Virus record (IMG/VR): IMGVR_UViG_3300018013_000001
Span: 6,028 to 70,027 of that record
Reading direction: 5' to 3' (one strand)
DNA from: a virus
Length of the DNA: 64,000 nt
Shown: positions 9,058-17,706 of the stretch, one piece after another
Position numbering within the stretch: the stretch's first letter is position 1
Layout of the letters: each line of letters starts with the position of its first letter
Translations under genes and position numbers: made by a program
Notes under the pieces: model-generated
Told to the model about the DNA's origin: nothing
What the model saw: the letters and a program-made list of their open reading frames with translations, nothing else
Database searches by the model: none

Positions 9058-9284
9058 GCTGGCCTTATAACAGCGCGAAGCCGAGAGCATGGGTTCCCGT
9101 GGAGCACTTTCCGGCGACCGAGAGCGTCTTTTGTGTGAACTGTGGAGAGGTGGTTCGCATTCGGGATGGCGATAATAGGTTCACGACCAACGGGCATTGC
9201 TTGGCGTGTGGAAGTCGCAGCATCTTGCCTCTGATGCGCGTGATCGCGGGATTGAAAACCTCGGAAGCGAAGATCAAGCCATGA
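9054..9284 (+). CDS. Small zinc-ribbon protein
   Basis: CVNC...CLAC; start approximate. Confidence 0.45.
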   Translation: MSWPYNSAKPRAWVPVEHFPATESVFCVNCGEVVRIRDGDNRFTTNGHCLACGSRSILPLMRVIAGLKTSEAKIKP

Positions 9285-9466
9285 GCGGAACGCCGCTAAG
9301 ATGGAAGACCCGAAGTCTGGTCGAGAATCGAGTTTACAGAAGCCAGATGAGGAACCGGCAAAGGCCAAGGATGCTTGTCTTCTGCTGTCCGCGCTGCCTG
9401 TTCTCGACCTCAGTGGAAGCGGAATACAAGGCGCATTGGCAATCACGGCATTCTGAATTGAGGTGA
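9281..9466 (+). CDS. Small C2H2-type zinc-finger protein
   Basis: CPRC...HWQSRH; ATGA overlap with the upstream ORF. Confidence 0.45.
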   Translation: MSGTPLRWKTRSLVENRVYRSQMRNRQRPRMLVFCCPRCLFSTSVEAEYKAHWQSRHSELR

Positions 9467-9469
9467 AAC

Positions 9470-9781
9470 ATGGTGCTTGTCCCATTTCAAGTCGAACCAG
9501 GACAGTATAGTGTGTTCGTGATCCTCCAAGATGATAACTTAGAGCGCATTAAGACATATGATCCGGCAGAAATTACTCTCAACAAAATGCCGGACCCATG
9601 GATTTCCATGAAACTCAAGGATATTCTCATCGGCTATGCTTCGGAAAGCGAAACTGCCGATCTGTTGGCCTGTAACGATGAAGAGTCTCGCCAATCATTT
9701 CTGAGGCGACTTTCTCGAGGCTGGAAGTTTAGATCTGAAAGAGGAGACCATGACCGGTCGTACTGGAGAGGTAGGACATAA
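9470..9781 (+). CDS. Hypothetical protein
   Basis: GAGGTG RBS, 103 aa ORF. Confidence 0.55.
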   Translation: MVLVPFQVEPGQYSVFVILQDDNLERIKTYDPAEITLNKMPDPWISMKLKDILIGYASESETADLLACNDEESRQSFLRRLSRGWKFRSERGDHDRSYWRGRT

Positions 9782-9974
9782 AATAGTTCTGGACTTGCGC
9801 AGGCGAGAAATGTTAGAAATAGAGATGTCGCCCTCGACGGAGTGGCGGCGGCCTCCGGGCCTTTGAGGATCGCCGGGGAGTACCAGCAGGCTCCCCGGCA
9901 ACTTCCCTGCTGGAAAGGTCAAATCCCTTTCCAATCAGACCCGCCAGACCATCTCAATTTGAGGTGATGTCTAA

Positions 9975-10808
9975 GTGGATATTGAAACGATCTTTGAGAC
10001 GCCAATCGCTTTTCATCGTTCTTTAGTTCATCTAACGGGCAGCATAACCGCTGCTCTGATGCTCGGTCAGGCTTGGTATTGGACTGCTAGAACCCAAGAT
10101 CCAGATGGATGGTTCTACAAATCGGCCGATGAATGGCAAGAAGAGATCGCCATGACGCGCCGAGAGCAGGAAGGCGCCAGAGTTAAGCTCCGAGAACTGG
10201 GTTTCTGGAAAGAGGAAAGACGCGGCATTCCTTGTCAGTTATACTTCAGGATAGACAAGACGGCGTTTCGCTCTTTTCTGAAAGCCTGTCCTGGAGGAAA
10301 CTTGATTCGACAAAAAGGTAAAACTGGACAATCCAAAAGCGGCAACCCAGCTTCTACAAAAAGTGAAATCTATAAAGAATCAGAGATTACCTCAAAGACT
10401 ACATCAATAAGAGAATCAGCGTCCTTTGTTCTTCCTGACTGGATACCACAGGAAGCATGGATGGGATTTGAAGAGATGCGCAAGAAAATCCGAAAGCCTC
10501 TCACCGATCGAGCGAGGCGGCTTACCATCTCAACGTTGACCAAGCTAAAGAGGCAAGGACACGATCCCATCGCCTGTCTTGACCAATCAACTCAACGAGC
10601 TTGGCAAGGAGTTTTCACGGTTAGGGAGGATGACTCTCCGCAGGGTCAGATATTCGAGCGCCATGACAGCGCTCCGACCGGCCAAAGATTGATTGAGCAG
10701 TACAAGGCCGAGAATGCACGGCTAGAACTAAAACAGCGCATGATGGACGGAATCAATAATGTTGGAACAACGGGACAGCCGGCAGCAGAACCGCCAACAA
10801 ACTGCTGA
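9975..10808 (+). CDS. Phage replication initiator protein
   Basis: N-terminal wHTH-like (AALMLGQAWYW...GWFYKS..EW..E), C-terminal LPDWIP..AW..F.EMRKKIRKP...WQGVF; directly upstream of DnaB. Confidence 0.75.
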   Translation: MDIETIFETPIAFHRSLVHLTGSITAALMLGQAWYWTARTQDPDGWFYKSADEWQEEIAMTRREQEGARVKLRELGFWKEERRGIPCQLYFRIDKTAFRSFLKACPGGNLIRQKGKTGQSKSGNPASTKSEIYKESEITSKTTSIRESASFVLPDWIPQEAWMGFEEMRKKIRKPLTDRARRLTISTLTKLKRQGHDPIACLDQSTQRAWQGVFTVREDDSPQGQIFERHDSAPTGQRLIEQYKAENARLELKQRMMDGINNVGTTGQPAAEPPTNC

Positions 10809-12198
10809 GCGCACCGCACCTCACAATTTGGAAGCCGAGCGAGCTCTGCTGGGCTCCGTGCTCCTAGATAACACGGCGCTTGATCTCGTGCTGGAGGGCG
10901 GTTGCGCACAAGAAGATTTCTTCTCTGAGGCTCATCGCCTTGTTTTTCAGCGCATGGTGGACCTCGCAGAGACCGGGCACAAGATCGACCTCGTGACACT
11001 GAGCGAAGAACTTTCCCGAGACGGACTCATGGAGAAAGCTGGCGGTGCGGCGTATCTTGCGGCTCTGACGGACGGGGTTCCCATTGGAACCTCGATCGCG
11101 GTGTCAGAATACTGCCGGATCGTGAGGGAGAAGGCCACGATCCGCCGGGTCATCAACATCTCCAGCAACACGGTGGCCAGGGCGCTCGAGGGCGTGGAGG
11201 ATGCCACGCAGCTTGTCGAGCTGGCGCAGTCTCAACTCTACGACATCGTCGAGCAGCGCATCGCATCGCGCTTCGTGAGCGTGGGTGAAGCTGTCCGCGG
11301 AAGTTTCGGCACGATTGATGGGCTCATGGAAGGCGGGCCCAAAGGCGACGGAGTGGAGACCGGATTCTGTGATCTGGACGCCATGATCGGATGCCTGCAC
11401 AACAGCGACTTGATCGTTCTCGCCGCCAGGCCGTCGATGGGAAAAACAGCGCTTGCCTTGAACATCGCGGCGCATGCGTCTGTTCAGGAGAGAAAGGGCG
11501 TAGGGATTTTCTCCCTTGAGATGGGAGTCTCGCCGTTGCTAATCCGGCTCTTGTGCGCTGAGGGCGAAGTCAATTCTCACAAGCTGCGAAGTGGATTCGC
11601 CGCTAAAGAAGATTGGAAAAAGCTCGTCAGCGCTCTTGGAAGACTGGACAACGCTCCGCTCTACATCGACGATTCGCCAACGCTGAGTATCCCCGAGATG
11701 CGGGTCAAAGCGCGGAGGCTCAAAAACGAGAAGAAGATATGTCTTGTCATCGTGGACTATCTCCAACTCATGAAGGGACAGGGCGAGAACCGTACTCAGG
11801 AAATCTCGTCTATCTCGCGCGGATTGAAAGCGATGGCCAAGGAGCTTCAGCTTCCGGTACTGGCTCTCTCGCAGCTTAACCGGGCCCCGGAGATGCGGCG
11901 CGGACCGAAACCTCAATTGTCTGACCTTCGGGAGAGCGGGGCAATCGAACAAGACGCCGACGTGGTGATATTCCTGTTCCGGTATCCGAAGAAAGTCAAG
12001 GGAACTGAAGACGGTGATGACGATGCTGAGGGTTACGGAGGCATCTTGACTGCGGTCAGCATCGCCAAACAGCGCAACGGGCCGACCGGAGAGGCCGAGC
12101 TGGTTTTCCTCAGCGCGTTCACGAAGTTCGTCAACAAGGCGCAACAGTATTTGGAACCTGATACGAAGGCCATGGCCGCCAATGATCCATCACAGTAA
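10759..12198 (+). CDS. dnaB: Replicative DNA helicase DnaB
   Basis: PHNLEAERALLG, AARPSMGKT (Walker A), FSLEM, IVDYLQL, LSQLNR, DLRESGAIEQDAD, KQRNGPTG. Confidence 0.95.
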   Translation: MLEQRDSRQQNRQQTAERTAPHNLEAERALLGSVLLDNTALDLVLEGGCAQEDFFSEAHRLVFQRMVDLAETGHKIDLVTLSEELSRDGLMEKAGGAAYLAALTDGVPIGTSIAVSEYCRIVREKATIRRVINISSNTVARALEGVEDATQLVELAQSQLYDIVEQRIASRFVSVGEAVRGSFGTIDGLMEGGPKGDGVETGFCDLDAMIGCLHNSDLIVLAARPSMGKTALALNIAAHASVQERKGVGIFSLEMGVSPLLIRLLCAEGEVNSHKLRSGFAAKEDWKKLVSALGRLDNAPLYIDDSPTLSIPEMRVKARRLKNEKKICLVIVDYLQLMKGQGENRTQEISSISRGLKAMAKELQLPVLALSQLNRAPEMRRGPKPQLSDLRESGAIEQDADVVIFLFRYPKKVKGTEDGDDDAEGYGGILTAVSIAKQRNGPTGEAELVFLSAFTKFVNKAQQYLEPDTKAMAANDPSQ

Positions 12199-12221
12199 GG
12201 CGGCCTGGCGAGGAGAAGAAC

Positions 12222-12494
12222 ATGGCAAAAGACAAAGGGGAAAGCGATAGATTGCCGGGGATGGAAGAGCCAGCCATAGAGGAACTCGAACAACTTGCAA
12301 AAAAGTACACGCGCATTCGAGACCAGCGGCAGGCGCTCACCGTGCAAGAGGTTGATCTGAAGGGGCTGCTGCTGAAGGCCATGAAGAAGAACAAGAAAAC
12401 CGAATATTCTCACGGCAAGGTCACCATCAAGATCGTGGCCGAAGAAGAGACGGTGAAGGTAAGGATCGCCAAAGACGGTGAAGAGAACGATTGA
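12222..12494 (+). CDS. Hypothetical phage protein
   Basis: AGGAG RBS, 90 aa charged ORF. Confidence 0.6.
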   Translation: MAKDKGESDRLPGMEEPAIEELEQLAKKYTRIRDQRQALTVQEVDLKGLLLKAMKKNKKTEYSHGKVTIKIVAEEETVKVRIAKDGEEND

Positions 12495-12499
12495 GCTTG

Positions 12500-12561
12500 C
12501 GGGGCCGCTGTCCACCAACTGGCGTAGGTGGAGCATGGAGTGATCCCCTCCGGCGGCCCCG
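12500..12561 (+). ncRNA. Candidate structured RNA (three-way junction)
   Basis: CGGGGCCGCT pairs with GGCGGCCCCG, enclosing TCCACC/GGTGGA and GGAG/CTCC hairpins. Confidence 0.35.
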
Positions 12562-12703
12562 ACTATAATGAGAGCGTGCGGCGTCCAGTGCCTGCCGGAG
12601 TGACCGCTGGCGAGTGTAGAAGTCCTCGGGTGTGGATAGAACGTCACATCGCTTAGGTGGAAGGAACGTCACCGAAAAATGCTATCCGGCCACGCTCTCA
12701 GAA

Positions 12704-12721
12704 AGTCTGTTATAACGGACA
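12704..12721. promoter_or_regulatory. Copy 2 of the 18-bp palindromic box (AGTCTGTTATAACGGACA)
   Basis: Near match to 20822; immediately upstream of the RBS and ATG 12734. Confidence 0.55.
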
Positions 12722-12942
12722 CGGAGAAAAGGCATGCGAATCCGTAAAGTGAAAACCGGTCTGAATCGCGGTCGAGTTTTCGCCGCAAAGCTTGGACCTC
12801 TGCTTATTACACTGAAAGGTTCTAGGGCATTGGATGCATTCCCAGCTTATAAGGGCAATAATTTACGTGACTCGCCCAGTCAGCAGAGTCAAGATAATAG
12901 CGCGGGTGTCGATGATGCGCCAGCGCAACGCGGGGGTGCGCG

Positions 12943-13809
12943 ATGAGTATTCTAATATCGCGACTCCTAGACATCTTGCTTCCGACCGGAGGATATGCCG
13001 TGCAGCTAGTTGAGGCATATTTCGATGAGAGCGGTTCAAGTGATACTTCTCTGGTCCTTTGTGTTGCTGGGTATGTTATCGAAAAAGAAGCTTGTAAGAG
13101 TTTGGATTCAGATTGGGAAAAAGTCCTCGACAACTCTAATCTCCCATTCTTTCGAATGTCGGCCTGCGCTCATGGTAGCCGTCCGTTTTCGTCATTACTA
13201 AAAGAGGACCGTATTGATATCGAGAAAGAGATGATTGCGATTATCAAACGGAGCATCTCATGCGGTCTAGCGGTCACTGTAGAACCCAGGCAATTTGCCG
13301 ACATCATGCCAAATTCTAAGGCCATCGGAAGCGCGTATAGTTTCTGTGCCCACGCATGTTTGACGGCAGTCCAATGGTGGGCCAATAAGAACAACTACAA
13401 TGGTGATATCGCCTACTTTTTTGAGGCTGGCCACAGGAGCCAAACAGAAGCAAACGGCATCATGAACGAGATTTTCACCGACAAAAATCTACGAGCTAAA
13501 CACAGATATGTAGCCCATTCATTTGTTGATAAACGGAAAGTAAGGCCAGTACAAGCCGCTGACTTAATTGCCTGGCAATGGTACACCGATCACGTGCGCA
13601 GATTGAAGCGGAATTTGAGGCCACGAAAGGATTGTTATGAATTGATGCATGACCAGAATTATCATGTCATCCACTATAATGAGGCGCTTCTCAGGCGGGT
13701 GGCATCAATCATCCTTCGCAATGAATACCCCATGACATTTGTTGGCTGGCCAGCTATCGTTGAAGGAAATGTATATGAAGACGCAGGATTCGGAATTTGG
13801 AAAATTTGA
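12943..13809 (+). CDS. DUF3800-family protein
   Basis: AYFDESG N-terminal motif and VQAADLIAW C-terminal motif; lower GC than flanks. Confidence 0.8.
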   Translation: MSILISRLLDILLPTGGYAVQLVEAYFDESGSSDTSLVLCVAGYVIEKEACKSLDSDWEKVLDNSNLPFFRMSACAHGSRPFSSLLKEDRIDIEKEMIAIIKRSISCGLAVTVEPRQFADIMPNSKAIGSAYSFCAHACLTAVQWWANKNNYNGDIAYFFEAGHRSQTEANGIMNEIFTDKNLRAKHRYVAHSFVDKRKVRPVQAADLIAWQWYTDHVRRLKRNLRPRKDCYELMHDQNYHVIHYNEALLRRVASIILRNEYPMTFVGWPAIVEGNVYEDAGFGIWKI

Positions 13810-13915
13810 TGCAGTCCTCAGCAAGGTTCTCTCGGTGTCGCACGATGAATTGGTGCGCCGCGAAGCGAAGTGGAAAAAACAGAGAGCGGCCAAGAAGAAA
13901 TCCAAAAAGAGATGA
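13775..13915 (+). CDS. Small basic protein (46 aa) of the type found next to IS1595 transposases
   Basis: Manual translation MKTQDSEFGKFDAVLSKVLSVSHDELVRREAKWKKQRAAKKKSKKR; AAGGA RBS. Confidence 0.5.
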   Translation: MKTQDSEFGKFDAVLSKVLSVSHDELVRREAKWKKQRAAKKKSKKR

Positions 13916-13927
13916 AGGTGGGACGGC

Positions 13928-14590
13928 ATGAGAAATACCCTTGAATCTCTACTCCTTTTCGTGTGTCTATGCTTTCCAGCTTCCGCGCAAATAACCGATG
14001 CTTGCCGGGCCTCAGTACAGCATTTGATTTTGCCATCCACTATCGAATCGCCAGCGATGCACCCTGCCCAACCTCTCACATCTATCAAGTTTCTCTTTTC
14101 GCTGGGAGGAAAGGACGTTTACTTGGCAACGGCTTTGAAACCTCCATATCCGTGGATTCTGACTACAGATCAGCCGTTGACTCTTTTGATCGTTTACCAA
14201 GAGGAAAAAGACCGTCAAGACGCAATCGCTTTTCTGCGCAGCATGGGGTCCGGTGGAATGCTTCTTAACTTGTCCCCACCGGCCCTTGACAACCTCAAAT
14301 ACGCAGCAGTTCATTGTGAGAATAGATGGAGCGAGTTTCTGTCAACGGGAAGCTGCACGGTTCATGACTGGCAGTATTACGAGCCCCCGTCATGTATCGT
14401 CATTCCTACGGCGAACAGTCCCGACGAGATGTCAAGATTGGCGATGCTCAATCCGCGCAATCGGTTTGATGTTGTAAACAATTTCAATTGGCTTAACGGA
14501 TTCCAAATACCATTGGGAGCACCAGTTCAGAAGCTGAAATTCCCAGTTGCCAAGATAAAGGAATTCGCAGCCCGAAACCAAGGTCATTGA
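13928..14590 (+). CDS. Hypothetical exported protein
   Basis: Signal-peptide-like N-terminus (LLLFVCLCFPASA|Q). Confidence 0.6.
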   Translation: MRNTLESLLLFVCLCFPASAQITDACRASVQHLILPSTIESPAMHPAQPLTSIKFLFSLGGKDVYLATALKPPYPWILTTDQPLTLLIVYQEEKDRQDAIAFLRSMGSGGMLLNLSPPALDNLKYAAVHCENRWSEFLSTGSCTVHDWQYYEPPSCIVIPTANSPDEMSRLAMLNPRNRFDVVNNFNWLNGFQIPLGAPVQKLKFPVAKIKEFAARNQGH

Positions 14591-14626
14591 GACGGAAAGG
14601 AGATGGCAGGATTGCAGAAAAAATAG

Positions 14627-14655
14627 AAAAGCCCCGGTTCCCGCCGGGGCCTCTC
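14627..14655. terminator. Intrinsic terminator hairpin (U-tract on - strand)
   Basis: AAAA-GCCCCGG-ttcccg-CCGGGGC-CTCTC. Confidence 0.55.
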
Positions 14656-14698
14656 AGAATCTTGGGCACAATTCTAAGATAAGGGAGATTTTCGTCCA

Positions 14699-14879
14699 AT
14701 GCAAGTCCAAAATTCTACGGCTGTAGAAATCCAGGAGATACCAGTGCATTGTCCGGTGTGTCATGAAGAATCTAACCAGAAGGCATTTTACTGCCCTGGC
14801 TGTAAAAGATTTGTCGTCTCTCTGTACGGACGGTCAACTCAATTTCTGCCCGAGATGTGGATGCAAGCTCACTGACTGA
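14699..14879 (+). pseudogene. Zinc-ribbon protein, frameshifted
   Basis: MQVQ...CPVC...CPGC in one frame (stop 14875); DGQLNFCPRCGCKLTD continues in the +1 frame to 14879. Confidence 0.45.
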
Positions 14880-15045
14880 GTAATTGAGTTCCACATTGCC
14901 CGCAGAAAGCGCCTGTTTTGTAAAATGGTTTGTTGCAACCGGGACACTCGTTTACCAATTTCGTCCCGCACTTTTTGCAGAATTCTTCATATGTTTTTGG
15001 CTCGAATTTCTTGCATGAGGGGCACAGTGAATATTGCTCAATATG
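14869..15045 (-). CDS. Double zinc-ribbon domain (start codon not evident)
   Basis: CPSC...CKKC...CPGC...CGQC at the 3' end of the 14869-15453 ORF. Confidence 0.5.
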   Translation of the reverse strand, partial: HIEQYSLCPSCKKFEPKTYEEFCKKCGTKLVNECPGCNKPFYKTGAFCGQCGTQLLSQ

Positions 15046-15285
15046 GCTCTCTTTCAGGATTCCGGGCAGAGTCCAGAGCGGCGTGACGAGGAAGCGACGG
15101 AGATCGCTCGGAAGCTCCGTGACTGGTTGGCTGAGGACCCACAGCAGATAGAGTTGTTCGACTCCAGATCGAGCGTGTTCCTGACTGACATGCTGAGCAG
15201 GCTTCAGAGATTCGGGTCGCTGAAGTACGTGAATCCCAAGATGCTTTACTGGCTGCGGGACCTCAAAGCAAAGGCGGAAATCTGA
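15043..15285 (+). CDS. Hypothetical protein
   Basis: About 80 aa ORF with phage-like codon usage. Confidence 0.5.
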   Translation: MALFQDSGQSPERRDEEATEIARKLRDWLAEDPQQIELFDSRSSVFLTDMLSRLQRFGSLKYVNPKMLYWLRDLKAKAEI

Positions 15286-15303
15286 TGCGTCATCAGGATA
15301 GAT

Positions 15304-16422
15304 ATGGCAGTTTATTACAATGAGATTGACCCATTTGCGGCGGCGTGGTTGCGGGAACTGATTAAGGCGGGACATATCGCCAAAGGGGAAGTCGATGGCC
15401 GACCCATTAAGGAAGTCAAGAGCGACGAACTTCGCGGGTTCGCCCAATGCCACTTCTTCGCCGGGATCGGCGTGTGGAGTTACGCCCTTAGAGCGGCTGG
15501 ATGGGCAGACGATACTCCCGTTTTTACAGGCAGTTGTCCCTGCCAGAGTTTCAGTGCGAGCGGGAAGCGGGGAGGCTTCTCAGATCAGCGTCACTTATGG
15601 CCCGCATGGTTCAGGCTCATCCGAGAGCTACACCCTGACACAATCTTTGGCGAGCAGGTTGCGTCCAAAGACGGCCTCGCTTGGCTCGACGTTGTTTCGG
15701 CTGATTTGGAAGGAGCGGGTTACGCCATCGGGACGGCGGATTTGTGCGCTGCGGGCTTCGGGGCGCCGCACATCCGGCAGCGATTGTACTTCGTGGCCGA
15801 GTCCGCAGGCGTTCGATTCGAGTCCTTGCGAGAAATCAGGCGAAGCAATGAGCAGGGCAATGGCTGGGAGGGCGATTCCAGGGCGCAACGGCGGTCCACC
15901 AGCGAACCTTCGCGAGAAGGCGAAGCTGGCTGCATGGCCGACGCCGAACTGTATGGACAGCCTACCAAGCGGGAATCTGGAGGAGCGCAAGACGAAAGGC
16001 GGCTGCATCAACCTGAAGGACGTGGCTCCGCTGGCGACCTGGGCGACACCGCACAGCGAGGACTCGGAATGCGTGGGAGCACATCGGGGGAACGCGGACG
16101 GGCTGCACAGCCAGAGCAAACTAACGAATTGGACATCACCAACGTCGAGGGATTGGAAGGGCGACAGTCGGAAGATGCAGGCCAAGGGACCGAAAGTGCC
16201 GGGCGGTGTAAGATTACCGGGCGAGGCTTTACTAACGGCTTCTGGGCCGACGCCGAATGGATCTGGTGCCGGGACCAAAAGTACCGGCCAGTTGAACCCG
16301 GCACATTCCCGCTGGTTACAGGGGCTACCAACCGTGTGGGACGATTGCGCGGCTATGGTAATTCCCTTACGGCGCCGGTCGCGGAAGAGTTTATAAGAGC
16401 ATACATGGAGCTCAATCGATGA
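15304..16422 (+). CDS. DNA (cytosine-5)-methyltransferase, alpha polypeptide
   Basis: YYNEID, FFAGIG (motif I), GSCPCQSFS (IV), GEQV (VI), PHIRQRLYFV (VIII), RLRGYGNS (X). Confidence 0.9.
   Translation: MAVYYNEIDPFAAAWLRELIKAGHIAKGEVDGRPIKEVKSDELRGFAQCHFFAGIGVWSYALRAAGWADDTPVFTGSCPCQSFSASGKRGGFSDQRHLWPAWFRLIRELHPDTIFGEQVASKDGLAWLDVVSADLEGAGYAIGTADLCAAGFGAPHIRQRLYFVAESAGVRFESLREIRRSNEQGNGWEGDSRAQRRSTSEPSREGEAGCMADAELYGQPTKRESGGAQDERRLHQPEGRGSAGDLGDTAQRGLGMRGSTSGERGRAAQPEQTNELDITNVEGLEGRQSEDAGQGTESAGRCKITGRGFTNGFWADAEWIWCRDQKYRPVEPGTFPLVTGATNRVGRLRGYGNSLTAPVAEEFIRAYMELNR
15395..16396 (+). CDS. Overprinted C5-methyltransferase beta polypeptide (alternative frame; true start uncertain)
   Basis: 333-codon open frame nested in the methyltransferase gene, with SLASRL...GSTLFRLIWKERVTPSGR, W(P/A/T)(S/T)P repeats and GQLNPAHSRWLQGLPTVWD (motif IX-like). 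Confidence 0.7.
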   Translation: MADPLRKSRATNFAGSPNATSSPGSACGVTPLERLDGQTILPFLQAVVPARVSVRAGSGEASQISVTYGPHGSGSSESYTLTQSLASRLRPKTASLGSTLFRLIWKERVTPSGRRICALRASGRRTSGSDCTSWPSPQAFDSSPCEKSGEAMSRAMAGRAIPGRNGGPPANLREKAKLAAWPTPNCMDSLPSGNLEERKTKGGCINLKDVAPLATWATPHSEDSECVGAHRGNADGLHSQSKLTNWTSPTSRDWKGDSRKMQAKGPKVPGGVRLPGEALLTASGPTPNGSGAGTKSTGQLNPAHSRWLQGLPTVWDDCAAMVIPLRRRSRKSL

Positions 16423-17039
16423 CGCGCCAACAAGAAGCGAGAAAATTAACCGATGATGCGAAAAAACTCGTGCTTCAGATGGGCCGAACTCATCTCGCGC
16501 TGGGCAAGATATTCTCGCGGGTGAGGGATGGTAAGTTCTACAAGGAAGCCGGGTACGAGAGCTTCGCTGACTGGGCTCAGGCCGTGGCGGACATCGGTCG
16601 ATCCTGGGCGTACACGCTGGCTGATCTTTACACTGAAGTCGAGGCAACGGTGCCGGCAGAAGCCATCCCGACGATCACGGTCGAGAATGCGAAGCTCCTG
16701 GTGAAGCTGCCCGAGAACAAGCGCTCTGACCCAACCACCTTGGCCGCCGCTCAGGAGATGACCGGCTCCGAGTTTCATGATTACGTGGACAAGGCGCATC
16801 CGGGCCTTCACATCGAGAAGCGCCACCATGAAACATATTGGCTGTCAGACGATGACCACAAGATCGTGGAGATGGCGATCAAGCTGGCGATGGCGCGCTA
16901 TGGGATGGCGACGAAATCCGAGGCGCTGGCGAAAATCTGCGAGGACTTTCTGAACTCAGAAGGTGAAGAGATTCCCGGCAAGCAGGCCGACTCGCCTCTC
17001 ATGCGGGACATAGTGGCAGCCACGGAAAGGGCGCAATGA
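16419..17039 (+). CDS. Hypothetical phage protein (helical)
   Basis: GYESFADW...IGRSWAY motif; ATGA coupling. Confidence 0.65.
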   Translation: MTRQQEARKLTDDAKKLVLQMGRTHLALGKIFSRVRDGKFYKEAGYESFADWAQAVADIGRSWAYTLADLYTEVEATVPAEAIPTITVENAKLLVKLPENKRSDPTTLAAAQEMTGSEFHDYVDKAHPGLHIEKRHHETYWLSDDDHKIVEMAIKLAMARYGMATKSEALAKICEDFLNSEGEEIPGKQADSPLMRDIVAATERAQ

Positions 17040-17359
17040 ATGATGGATATTGTGAAGCGCATTTAGTTAGAACGGGCGAGAAGATTCCTGTTTATAGGGT
17101 TAGCCTTTGCCGTGCGTGTTTTCAGGGCAAGGAATTAAAGACGGGTCAGACAGAGTTTACATCGGACGCTGGCAGCCAAGATCAAGAGCAACCAAACATT
17201 GCAACGTTAGAGCCGGTCGCAGATATACACGGAGACTCTAATGTCTGCTACGTGGTCACTGAGAAAAATGTAACTTGGCCTCCTAAAATAGAGACAGTTT
17301 TGAGATACCATAACTGGGCTACATATTTGGGGCTGCCACCTAAAGCGAAAAGGATGTGA
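17036..17359 (+). CDS. Hypothetical protein
   Basis: Coupled ORF, CxxH/CxxC. Confidence 0.5.
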   Translation: MNDGYCEAHLVRTGEKIPVYRVSLCRACFQGKELKTGQTEFTSDAGSQDQEQPNIATLEPVADIHGDSNVCYVVTEKNVTWPPKIETVLRYHNWATYLGLPPKAKRM

Positions 17360-17706
17360 AACGATCAAGCATCCTCCGGAGCACTCCCATGAAGCGGGCG
17401 GCTTTCAGGCAAAGGCCGCGAAAGGCCAAGATCACGAAGTCGGGGCGCGTGATTCTGTCGCGTGCTCAGTACGTGGTTCTCTGTCATGAGGTGTGGCTCC
17501 GGGATCATGGTGAGTGCCAAGTCAGGCATCAAGGTTGCTGGGGGAAGCTGCCGTATTTCTCGACGCGCTGGGTAGACCACATCATCAAGAGAAGTCAGGG
17601 CGGGAGCGACACACTTGAAAACACAAGACTGGGTTGCCCACCATGCCACGATTGGGCTGACAATCGAGGGGGCAAGCTGTCGGCAAAGCAGAAGGCTAGA
17701 TCATGA
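17356..17706 (+). CDS. HNH endonuclease
   Basis: RDHGECQV...VDHIIKRSQGGSD..EN..GCPPCH. Confidence 0.85.
   Translation: MKRSSILRSTPMKRAAFRQRPRKAKITKSGRVILSRAQYVVLCHEVWLRDHGECQVRHQGCWGKLPYFSTRWVDHIIKRSQGGSDTLENTRLGCPPCHDWADNRGGKLSAKQKARS

Noticed and set aside
12500-12561. tRNA gene
   Set aside because: Only two inner arms; no TTC-containing T loop, anticodon arm or CCA end.
15628-16647. 339-aa minus-strand ORF over the C5 methyltransferase
   Set aside because: Antisense to a dual-coding region depleted of stops; no motifs.
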